Assembly: GCA_030141605.1 (NCBI GenBank)
Contig: JAQGDQ010002380.1
Span: 124,001-188,000, forward strand
Length of the DNA stretch: 64,000 bases
Source: Tubiluchus corallicola
Lineage: Eukaryota > Animalia > Priapulida
Direction of reading: 5' to 3'
Below the pieces are notes generated by a model, which was given only the letters and a program-made list of their open reading frames with translations, did not search any database and was not told the DNA's origin. This document shows positions 13,284 through 24,752 of this stretch, in pieces (the stretch's first letter is position 1; each line of letters starts with the position of its first letter). Position numbers and translations under genes: made by a program.

Positions 13284-13350
13284 GCTTCATGATCTAGTGG
13301 ACATAGCGTTCGATTTGTAATACAAAGGACCTCGGTTCAAATCCACGCTA
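13284..13350 (+). mobile_element. Degenerate tRNA-like (SINE) sequence
   Basis: TGATCTAGTGG (A box-like) and CTCGGTTCAAATCC (B box). Similar relics lie at about 17850-17915, 39310-39370, 48695-48760 and 62017-62075. Confidence 0.45.
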
Positions 13351-14067
13351 AATTCTGACTAGTTCGCATTTTTCGGCCACGTGTTTTTATTTGTCAGAAA
13401 CAGATTACAACTTTAATTTCTGTTGGAAGACCGCCCAGAGTCGCCATTGGGCTTGCTTAGAGCGATTTGTAAAAAAGTCTTTGTTTCAAAAACTCAGTAA
13501 TTGCCATGTTGTTTTTCCTTGGGCATATCATTTTATCAATAAAAATTTGCAAGTATCGTTCTGTATTAAATACAATTACACTATCCACTTTCTGTAATTA
13601 TATGAACTATCCCTGTAATAATACAAGTGAAACCGCGTGCTCAGAATGGCACTTGATGGCAGGTGAGGAATACAAATTCAAAGAACCTCTTATCATAAAA
13701 CAAAAGCTTCCCACATCGATTAGGAAAACTTAGATACCTCACTTGCTTACTTTTTCTTTTCTCTTTCTCAATAAGAGTATACTGTTTACAGTGATCTCTA
13801 CGGTGCGCATCAAAGAATTAGCGAATCTATCACGGTATTTTCTAAGCAATCACTTTCTAAGCAATGCACCCAAGTCTAAATATGGTTAAATTTCGCAAAC
13901 CGTACAAAATTAATAATGCTGCTACAGGTAAAATGAAAAAGCCATGTTTTTAATACGTAATTCATTTTTAATTACCTTGTGCACTGTGGGTGAACAATTT
14001 AAACTAAGACATAAGTTAGTTAGCTGCACTTATGATAAGAGCGTAAACATGCAGATGTAAATTGAAA

Positions 14068-14197
14068 ACACACACACACACACACATACACACACACGCA
14101 CGCGAGCACACGCACTCCCGCATACATGCACACACGGACGGACGGACGCGCACGCGCACGCGCACGCACACGCACACACACACACGCACGCACACGC

Positions 14198-14273
<76 letters not shown>
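14068..14273. repeat. (CA)n/(CACG)n/(TA)n compound microsatellite
   Basis: Seen directly. Confidence 0.95.
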
Positions 14274-14274
<1 letters not shown>

Positions 14275-14501
14275 AACCTTTATTGTAGAAAATATACACT
14301 AGTACAGAGTGAAACAAATTACATCATATATAAAATTAGTGTATAACCAGACAGTGACAGACTGATGAGTGCAATTGTGTCAGTCAGTTTAAGTTAAAAA
14401 TCATAAGAATAAAAGCATTAAAATACTACATTACATATCTACAAATTTGTCTATATGTAATATAATATTTTAATGTTTTTATTCTTATGATTTTTAACTT
14501 A
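14273..14501 (-). mobile_element. Short 3'-end copy of the 18.3-kb LINE family with terminal inverted duplication
   Basis: 14290-14455 matches 18325-18495. A - strand AATAAA (about 14279-14284) is followed by a (TA)n/(TG)n tail. 14390-14501 is a near-perfect palindrome. Confidence 0.6.
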
Positions 14502-15754
14502 GTGAAGCGTTTTAAATAAACAAATAAATAAATAAATGACTTTTATGTTCCTGCTTTCTCATTCATGACTTTATCAAAACGTAGAAGTTCTTGCTGATTA
14601 CAATACGCAGGTTTTCCTGTAATTGCTAAATTTTACCTGCATTGACAAACTTCAGCTAATTCAAGATGCACCTACAAGAGAAAAATACAAGCTAATCTGT
14701 CGCTTTGTAAATCAAGCAAAATAATAAATAAAATTTAATTGAATAATGTTGTGTCTTTCATCTCTTCTTTACAGCAGAATAACTATTAAAGTCACACTGC
14801 AATATTATTTTATGAGTAAAGATTTAGGTGTTGTTCACAGATTGCTCAAGTCTTACCTCTCCTTTATAAAATTACTAAAAAAACTGTATAGCTAAATGCT
14901 TGTCTTATCAGTATATTAAGAATTATATTATTTAGTATTATTGTCAAAGTTAGTAGATTTGTTCTTAATCAATAAGCCTAGAAATAATGAAGTTGAACTC
15001 AAATCAAAATGTATTTAACTCCTGTTGTTGATTAATAGCATTATTAACCCAATGTGTTTTTATCATTTCATAACAATTTTGACCTGTATTTCACATAAAA
15101 TCTAAATGCAATTTTTAGTTTAATCAAGACTGACCTTATTTTGTTGCCCGCTAATTAAACTACATGTATATTCTTTTCTCTGGATTATATGGAAAATGTC
15201 ATAATTTTAAAAATTACTAATGTTTCCTAAATTAAACTGATAACATTAATGCCCACCAGTGTCTAAAAAATCTTTTTATCTATATTCGGTAAAGGATTGC
15301 AGTCTAGGTGACTTTATAGTCTTTTCGCTATCCTTTCTCTAGTTCTAGATCTATCTATACATTTTAACCATTTTTCAAAACTTATTAGAGATTCTTTTAT
15401 TAATCATGTTTTACTGTAACACTATAAAGAGATAAAAAAGTTGAATTTGAATTGTGATATAGGACAGGTCTAATAGGAGCAGATGTCGTACAATGATATA
15501 ATTTCAGCAAACATTCATAAGAAAATTAGCCGAATAAATAATAGTTTGAAACCATGCTACACCAGTCAGTAATATATAAAGGATATGAAGAATATGATCC
15601 ATATGCCAATATTATAATCTGCATTTATGGCACCACTGAAGTGTCATGTTATGCAGTCGGGTCGTTGTTCTTTTGAATGAATGCCAGTTTATGGACATTT
15701 AAGCAATCGAGCTGCTGACAAACTAAAGGACAAATGTCAGCAGCTAGAACTATG

Positions 15755-16420
15755 ATAAGATAAGATAAGATAAGATGATATTTATTTTCATCGGTATGAT
15801 ATAAACAGTACATATTTGTAAAACATGAGCTTAAAGCTCGTAAACCGATATCAAACATAATGTATATGAGCGATAACATGGTAATAATATGTACTTCTTA
15901 AAATCTTTTGGATGCCACCAGAGGTATTGGTACAAGAAAAATTTATAACTACATAAAAATTTTAGGCAGTAACATTTTCTAAAATTTACACAAAAAGCTA
16001 TCCAGGTCAATAAAAAATTTTCCTGCCAACATTTCAGCATTTAATTACGACTTAACAAAATTGGGAAGTTCGCTGAATTTACAAATGGCACATTTACATG
16101 ATACACCAGTCCATGACTTAATTAGACGTTTAAATTCCCCAAGATTTTCGGCCATTCGGAGACAGTTTGGTAATTCATTCCACAATGTGGCTCCATAATA
16201 GGAGAAACTTTTCTTGCCATATGTAACACCATCATATGTAGGGTGTTCTGCAGTGTTCATTTTTCTGAGGAAGTAGCGGTTTTGCTTTCGTTCCTCTCTA
16301 TCAGTCCATAAAGATAGGACGGGCAGTTTTTGGACAAAATCTTGAATACTTCGATAGCAATGAGAAGTTGAAGAGACACAAAATTGTCTTTAAACAATAG
16401 ATTTTCGTAGGTACTTTCAA
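15755..16420 (-). mobile_element. 3' fragment of a CR1/L2-like LINE
   Basis: ORF 16260-16045 contains YGKKSFSYYGATLWNELP...FKRLIKSW, typical of CR1/L2 ORF2 ends. The - strand ends in AATAAA plus a (TCTTA)n tail at about 15755-15787. Confidence 0.75.
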
Positions 16421-17446
16421 AATCAGGTATGCTTTAGCTCCTTTCGACTGGCCTTCTTCCTTTAGCTTAGTTGATTAGCCCCGTCTTCATCTTTTTAGAA
16501 AACACATTTATCACAGTTTCACCACCAACATCAAATGCTATACTCGAAAGCAGATCTAACTGGTAATAGCTATAGTTTTAGTTCCGCTTGATTGTGCCAA
16601 ACCATATGATCAGAATCAGCGTGCTTCCTCAAACGATACTTTCCTTCCAGCGAATTTCTCAACTCCCGTGCGCCATCTGCCGGCAGAAGTCGAAAAAATT
16701 TCGCGCATGCTGCAGGTATATTGAAGCTGCCTTGCTTTGCGAATTGCTGAAAATGAAGCTGTTTCCGTGGCAACGGCAAGGTGCGTGTTGGTGTGATCGC
16801 GTAGGGAATTACATTATTCCCGTTTTGGTTTGGTTATTGTTGTATGATATATGACAAAAAATGCAATAATGCTGATGAGCTTTTGTCACTTTAGTGAATT
16901 AACGGCCAAAACATGAAATGCAACAATTTGCTTATAAAGGTAGGCATTGTTTTGTGTCTAAAAATTCTTTTTATTCTTAAAGTTTTATTCTTATTCTTTG
17001 TACATAGTCATGTCCTTGTAATTATTGTTATCATAAATTCGGTATTAATTGTAATTACTACCAGGGTTTGTCTCGGTGTACTCGCGTTACAAAAGTACGT
17101 ATCATTTAGCTCAAGAAATAAAATTTGATTGCCTTATATAACCACTAGTACGCTTTACTATGTGTTTAAAGCATTTGGATTAAACATGAAAAGGTTAAAA
17201 GTTTGTTAGTTTCGCATTAATAAATGCGCAAATTCACATTAACTACGAAGTAGGCTTATGAAAACCAAAAAAATACACTTGGATATGAATATGGGCTCTT
17301 TTTACAAGTCCAAGCATTTTGGCTCGACACAAAGTCTTAAATCCATGATACGGTATCACATATATTCGCTACTTTATGAACTATAGGCCTACAGTATCAT
17401 TCACTTTCCGATTGGTTTCAGAGCTACATTTGTTTTAATTAATCAT

Positions 17447-17829
17447 TAGGGGTGAGCATCGAACGTTCGAGTTCGAACTCGATTCGAATCCAAAACTGTA
17501 GATTCAAATAATTCAGCACTTCAATCACATATGTTCCTGATCACTAAAACGATTGAAACAACATGCAATTAGCGTAATTTAGCAGTGATTTCTGTGCACA
17601 ATTTTAAACAAATTACTAGTCGTTTTATTGCAGAACAAAATCTAGTGATACACATGATCTTTGTAAGACTAATTTTTACTGGTGGTTCGAAAACTTGTTC
17701 GAAAATCATTCAATCTCAATTCGACTTCAGTTCGAATTTGAAACACTGAAGTTCGGTTAGATTCGAATTCGAAAGTCAGAAATTCGGTTCGATTCGAATT
17801 CGCTTTCTGGTAGAGAATGCTCACCCCTA
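17447..17829. mobile_element. hAT-type MITE with TIRs and 8-bp TSD
   Basis: 13-bp TIR TAGGGGTGAGCAT / ATGCTCACCCCTA. Flanks TTAATCAT (17439-17446) and TTAATCAC (17830-17837) match at 7 of 8 bases. There are many subterminal TTCGA(A) motifs. Confidence 0.85.
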
Positions 17830-18321
17830 TTAATCACAAGCTGCTGCCTGCGCGTAGTGATTTAAGATGTTACACTCGTGACCAAAAGGTCGCCAGTTCA
17901 AATCCAAATTCAGTCAGGACTTTTATATTTCTTTCCTTCAGTTAAGTTTGTTCCAAAATTTTAACAACCTTACCTTTGCTGCATAAGTTTTGATAATCTT
18001 TAAACTGTGATCGTAGACAGTAAAAAATTGTTTATTTACTAAATAAACATCAACACAAAACTAACAGCTGAACAGCTTACGTACTTAGTGAACTTTTTAA
18101 GAAAATCAACATTTTCATTATCAGTCATTTGCAGGTTACCAATTAATGCGATTATCTGAGGATATAAAAATGTTATAAAATTTGTTACATGATGGATTAT
18201 TTATCATACAGAAGATGTTTTTGAAGTTCCAAAAAAAATTCAAAACTGTATATGTTAAACATATTAGAAACATCAGAATTGATATAAAGTAAGAATGATG
18301 AATTTCATTTATCTTTTTCAT

Positions 18322-19304
18322 TTATATATACACTGGTACAGAGTAAAGCATTTTACATCATACATAAAATCAGTGTACAACCAGTCAGTGACAGACTGAT
18401 GTACACTATGTACAGTTGTGTCAGTCAGTCTAAGTTAAAAATCATAAGAATAAAAACATTAAAATACAACATTACATAACTACAAATTTATCTACATGAC
18501 GACATGATAGTGACTTATGAAATATGGTAAATTTTAATATTTTTTGATACTTTTTGCTACTTTTTGCCATGCAAGTTTCCGTATGAGTCGCATATTTTTA
18601 TAGTATAGACACTTATATTATGATGAATTTGTGAGTCTAGAGCGTTATGCGTTTTTGATATTCTCAATTATTGATGAATTCTACTTTATCGCTTTTATGT
18701 AAGGGTCTTTTGTGAGTTAGCAGTTTGTTTTTAGTTCTGTTTTAAACGTTGTTAATCCGTCTTTTGATTTTCTACTTAAGAGTGCTGAATTCCATAAGTT
18801 GATTTTTGTTTTGCTTATCGAATTGTGTCCATATTTTTTGTAAGTAACTGTTTTAGATTATAGGTGCGTTCGTTTTTATGTTTATCGGGGTAAATAATAA
18901 ACCATTTTCTTTGAAAACTGGAATTATATCATTTATATATTTAAATAGAAATATTAAGGAATGGTAATAAATGTTTGATTCTATATTGGGTATTCTTAAT
19001 TTTTTTCTATTAGTGGCTGAGTACATATGGTGTTAATTTATTTTCTTAGAAAAGTGGCCTAGTACATGTTTGAGCGCATAATTTTGAGTTGTATCTAGTC
19101 TACCTGTTTGGGTTTAGAAATGTTTTCAAGTAGATGGCAGCCATAAGTTAAATGAGGCATTATTAATCTTTTGTATATTAGTAGTTTGATTTCAATAGTA
19201 ACTTTGGTATCAATAATAAGCTGTTTAAATATTAAACGTTCCCCAGCTTCCTCAATTCCAGAGCTCTCTGTTCTATTTTTGTTTAAATTTAATTTTGCTT
19301 TCAA
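18322..19304 (-). mobile_element. Degraded 3' part of a LINE
   Basis: ORF 19304-19095 contains KLLIYKRLIMPHLTYG, a LINE post-RT motif. The segment 18322-18495 is homologous to 14290-14455. Confidence 0.6.
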
Positions 19305-20362
19305 TGCGATCTTGACTTAAAGAAGCTGGTGTCCAAAAATAACAATGAAAATTATTACACATAGTTTTTGTCAATTTTTTTTGTCATAAAGATGTAATAT
19401 ATTTTGTTTCAATGTATGCAATATTAATTGATTGCACTACAGCCCAACAATGATAATGGTTATTACTGTGTGAGTAAAACTAGTAATTTTCTCTTAATAA
19501 TTTGCTGTCCAAAAATTTAGATATATAAAAATTTAGCTGAAAGGAAGATGACAGTTATAAGGCAACGACATTTTATATAACTGCTCGTGGACCAAGTGTG
19601 TTACATACCAGGTAATCAAATTTAAAAACAAATAAAACTAATAAACCATTAAATGGTCATAACCGTGGTAAAATCAGTGCAAAGGTACAACCCCGGATGA
19701 TAAATGGACAATTTGTCAAAAACGAACATTTAATGACGTTTTCAGTAAGTAGGTAAACGCAAAGAAAAGCAGCAGCTAATATATTTTATTCTATACAATT
19801 TTATGCTGTGTATAGTTTTTAGGCCACGCCTATGTAGGGTATAATTATATTGCAGTTCGGTTAATTACAAGTTTAGCAAGTTACATGCTGTACTTCTACT
19901 TGCAGTATTATTTATGATAATTGTCCATAATAACAAATGTATTGCAAATGACAGCATAATGCTGCTTACCATCAACAAAGCTACAACGCTGGAATTATGA
20001 ATCTGTTGTGTAACAGCTATGCAATACACACTGCCAAAGACAAACACTTGCTGGTTACAGGTTATAATAATAAATAAAGAATAACCCATTCTTCAAGTTT
20101 CACTCGTTTTTCACTGTCATTTTCTGTTAATCTACCCAGCAATAACCCTAAATTACATGAGTCAGAGACACGTAGGGGTTTTTGCTTTTCTAGGCCAACG
20201 AATGCAGATCATTTTACCTAGATTATGACTGAGTAACACATTGTAGCCAATCTAGGTACTATTTAGTAATATTGTGCAATTTTTAAATGTTAGTTTGGAC
20301 TTTAGAATACCCGTATGAATTAAGACAGCTAAATTAAGTAGCGCTGTAAATAAACTTGCAAG

Positions 20363-20367
20363 AAAAA
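20363..20367 (-). terminator. RNA polymerase III oligo(T) terminator of tRNA-Ile
   Basis: TTTTT on the - strand, 4 nt after the tRNA 3' end. Confidence 0.7.
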
Positions 20368-20371
20368 TATA

Positions 20372-20445
20372 TGGCCAGTACGGGGGTCGAACCCGCGACC
20401 TTAGCGTTATTAGCACCACGCTCTAACCGACTGAGCTAACCGGCC
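20372..20445 (-). tRNA. tRNA-Ile (anticodon AAT)
   Basis: Reverse complement GGCCGGTTAGCTCAGTCGGTTAGAGCGTGGTGCTAATAACGCTAAGGTCGCGGGTTCGACCCCCGTACTGGCCA folds into a cloverleaf: acceptor GGCCGGT/ACTGGCC, anticodon loop CTAATAA, T-loop TTCGACC. A and B boxes are intact. Confidence 0.95.
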
Positions 20446-22440
20446 AAGTATACTAACAGGAAAGCAATAAAACTTGCTGAAACATCGCTTACTAACAGAT
20501 AGCAGTGCACATGCGCTTTCGCAATATGTACTATGCGCAGAATCATTGTACAGAATTTATATCGCTCCCCGCGACCTACGTCGCTGGTTGTTCAGCTATT
20601 TACTAAAAATTGTTCTTGCATAGTGGCTGCAGTAATCGCTAGCCACTGGCAAATGTTACATTTACTGTGTTAATTATTAAGCTAATAATTTATTGTAGCT
20701 AACTACGTAGTGTGTTCAAATATTATCATATAAGAAGTTTTAACTTTCTTAAAAGAATTATTAATAATTTTTATACGATTCGGCACACTTGTTCAAAGCC
20801 AAAATTCAGCATTTAGTCTAAGTTAGGTATAAGTGCTTTCAGTGCACTGTTCCTGCGACATAGGCCTATTAATTGTATTTATAGGCCTAATTATATTACT
20901 AAATCGAATAACAGTCAATAACAGTTCTGTGTATAACAATATAGGTACTACCTGGTACATACAAAAGAAACAAAACTGAATTAAACGTTTATGAGAAAAT
21001 AATTACCAAATGTCACGTCACTAGTTTAAACAGACAGAAGCACAAGTAAATAAAAAAGAAATCTGTAAAAAAAAATAACAAAAAACTTTGTTAAAGGCTA
21101 GTAATGAAAATTAATAAACCTATGCAAAAACCGTGATAAATGAAAGAGGAAAACAGGGAAGGCAAAACGAAAAAACGGCACCTATGAAGTGGTACTTTTT
21201 TCTGTCGTATTTATTCGAGATAATTACACTGATATAGGAACAAATTTTCAAGTTTCACTCACAATTATCAACATAACTTATCTTGCCTATTTTAAATTTT
21301 TCTAGTGCTGATGACACCATGACGGCATAGGCGAACGGGCCGATTTTTTCAGGAGGGAGGGTAAGCCACTTTTGCCGGAAAAATTCAGGGTCACCTCCGC
21401 GTCGGGAATTGCCTCACCACACCCCATGATAAAAAAATGTCCGAATTTCGGGCACTTCATTTGGCAGCATGGAGAAATTGCGAGATTTCCTTTTATGAAA
21501 AATATTATTTTATAGTAATTTCGGTGCCCGAAAAAAATGTGTTTGCCCGAATCCGGGCGGGGGAGGCTGCAGACAAACAGCCACCCCCCACCCCCAACCC
21601 TTGCTCGTGCACGTCGGCTGTATTGTTTAAGAATTTTGTGTTAAGCCAATGATACACGGCCGCCACAAGACAAACCGGCAGACGTCGGCCGTGATAAAAT
21701 GACCGCCCAAATTAGACTACATTAATTTCAAATCAAAGATGAAACGCGGAGTTTATGGAAGTGGCCGTGAAGACAGCAGCCGTTCTAAAACAGAAATGAG
21801 TTCTATTTTGTACAGTATGCACCAGCCGGCCAAGGGTTTTATCCAATCAGGGATCAGTATTCCAGCATTGGTTTTTGCTTTTCCCGCGACGTATTGTAAC
21901 ACGGTATGCATGAATGCTGTACGTATAATAGATAGATGGTTTATGTTAAGTGAATTTAACTTAAGCCTGAAGAATACTTGCATCATGCATTTAACAGAAG
22001 CCATGTAACCATTTAAACTTGATTTAATAAGTTCACTATTTTACTTGACAAAAATTCCGCAGTTTTTAGCGTAACCTTATGCAACGGTTCAATACTATGC
22101 AAGATGTATTTCCGTTTTTCCCACTTAAATTGTAATGTGATGGTCGATATCAGAAAACTTCAGAATTTTTCAAAAACCAAACCGAATCGCGGATGTATGG
22201 CTGAATTTCAGTAGACTCCGGGCCAAATCAGGAGGATGGCAACCCTAGCAGTGATACAAAAATTGAACTTAAAAAACAAGATAACCCACTAAACAATTGA
22301 TTATAGATCTAAATTTCAACGTTAAAACACTACCCATGAGTACTTAAAACTAAACAGTGACGAAATGTTTGGCTGTACGGTCGTCATTAATGCTGCGCTC
22401 CCTTCTACACGGACGGCTGCGTATCAGATCTTTCGTTAGT

Positions 22441-24090
22441 TTGATTGAATGATTGAATATCTTTATTGACATAAACATATGATAATAACGATGTAATAAT
22501 TCATGTGTTAATTAATACTGTAAAATGTTATTAAAGCTGTTTCCAGCCCACTTGGGCTTACAAGTCAATTTCATGAAAATTTATCACATAATAACTGTGC
22601 AGTTCATTTACATAGAATATCAAATAAAAGAATATATATAATATGGAATTTTAACATATACCTGAATGGACAAGTCATGTATTAAATATATATCTTGCTT
22701 TGCCTCATTCTAAAAATCTTATAAGCATATTTTGCAGTCCTAAGGACATTCTCTTCTGACATAATATATTTCCATTTATTTACATTATCTAATTGTTCCG
22801 GGTCCATGTTAATATCTTGGAAAAATTCTTCTCTCTCTAGTCTATAATGTGTACAAACAAACATAAAGTGAGATTCATCTTCTACATCTCCACAGCAACA
22901 TATCTTACACAAACGTTCACCAACCTTAACATTTCTAAACCTACCATGCTCCAGTTCCAGGGGAAGAGTACCACTTCTTAGCTTTGCAAGCACAGACCTG
23001 TATTTTCCTTGCATATTAATATAAACATATGGTTCTACTCCAAAGCTGTTCTTATACAATATATATGTTCTAAGTTTAGGGTAATCTGCATTTTTTGCTT
23101 TCCAATCAACACATTGTTTCTCATACAGCTGTGCCCATGCTCTGCTAAGAGGTACAGTATCCATATTAACAAAAGCTTGCTGGAACCCTGCTTCCTCTAG
23201 GACTTTAGAAATTTCATATGACCAACCAACGTTGGTATTACAGTCCCAAAGAAATATTCTCTTAACAAGTCTAGAATTATCAAGTGTTAAAAGACGATTC
23301 CAATACCTTATCATAGATGACTTTCTTCTAACTGAAGATGGTGACCATCCCATATCACCCTGTATACATTGATTAGCAGCAAAATTATGAACACCAAGAA
23401 ATATTCTTAATGCCTTATTCTGGACAGTATCAATTTTAGGGTACTTGTTATATCCCCATACTTCTGAACCATAATCAAGTATAGGACATACACCTGCATT
23501 GAATAACTTAGTAAAAGAATAATAACCCAGCCCATTTAACTTTTTATATTTACCAATCAAGGCATCCAGTGCTCTACTGCCTGAGTCTGCCAGTACTAGT
23601 GCTGTAACCTTATAATCTAAATGTTCATTAAGATAAATCCCCAGATACTTATACCTATCTACAGTGCTCAAAATCTGATCACTAAGTTTAAATAGTACAT
23701 CAGTTTGATTCACTTGGGGTTTTCTGAAATGGACAACATTTGACTTTTTACTGTTAAATTTGATTCTCCATTTCTTTCCCCACTCAGTGATCTTATCTAA
23801 CATTTTCTGAAGATCTTCTTCAGATTCTGCTAAAATTACAACGTCATCAGCATACATTAAAATACAAATCTTATCATTACCAACAGGAATACCAATATTT
23901 AGGGACTTTACATCATCTGCCATATCATTTATATACCAGCTGAACAGGGTTGGTGACAAAGTGTCTCCCTGCCTGACACCATATTCACATTTAAATTTAT
24001 CAGTGAGGATACCATTTAGATTCACAGCACTATAGGTATCTGAAAGAATATTCTTAATGCTGCTATACATTTTGCCATCCACTATTACAT
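22441..24090 (-). mobile_element. 5'-truncated non-LTR retrotransposon (RTEX-like), young copy
   Basis: Uninterrupted 466-aa ORF 24082-22682 with RT motifs GVRQGDTLSPTLF, LMYADD and YKYLG, plus a C-terminal CxxC...HxxxxC module (ERLCKICCCGDVEDESHFMFVC). The 3' UTR has AATAAA followed by a TCAA-type tail (22441-22470). Candidate 6-bp TSD GTTAGT at 22435-22440 and 24091-24096. Confidence 0.92.
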
Positions 24091-24752
24091 GTTAGTAATA
24101 AAATAATTTGTTCGTAATTTGTCTGTATTAAAGGAATAGCTGGTATTCAACATAGGGCAGATCCAGACTGCTACTTGTTGCAGAGCCAGAATTCAGACCA
24201 CACCTGTTTGTCAAGGATAAACCTGTGAGACGAGATAGTGAAAAAATACAGGTAAGTAATTCTACCTCTGCCTGCATAATCAGATGCACACCGTGGATGT
24301 CTCTACGACTTAACCAGACTAGGTCCCTCAACGACTTAGCGAGAGAAATAACCTGCGAATGGCGCATCATTTTACTAAATAGGTCGAGTTCTATGACTGC
24401 TTAACCATGGCTTCGCATTATCTACGAAGCTCCATTTAACCATTATTATTGCCCTAAACATAGTCTGTTAATTTATTCATTATGATTCATAGAATCGGTT
24501 AGTAGATTATATTGATATTAAAGCATGTTTTTTGGTATCTGTGAGAAATTCACGAATCCCACTTCAAACTTTTCAAGCTAATGAACATAAATAAATCAAA
24601 GTTCTTGTAACGCGTTTTCATCATTGATGGTTGCACAAATCATGTTGATGTCAGATAGCAACACTTAACAAGTATGTCAGATAACTTAATTAATAAACAT
24701 TTTCATTGTGGTAGTTCTGTAGATTGCTGATGCCGATAGCTTAGCCTTCAAG

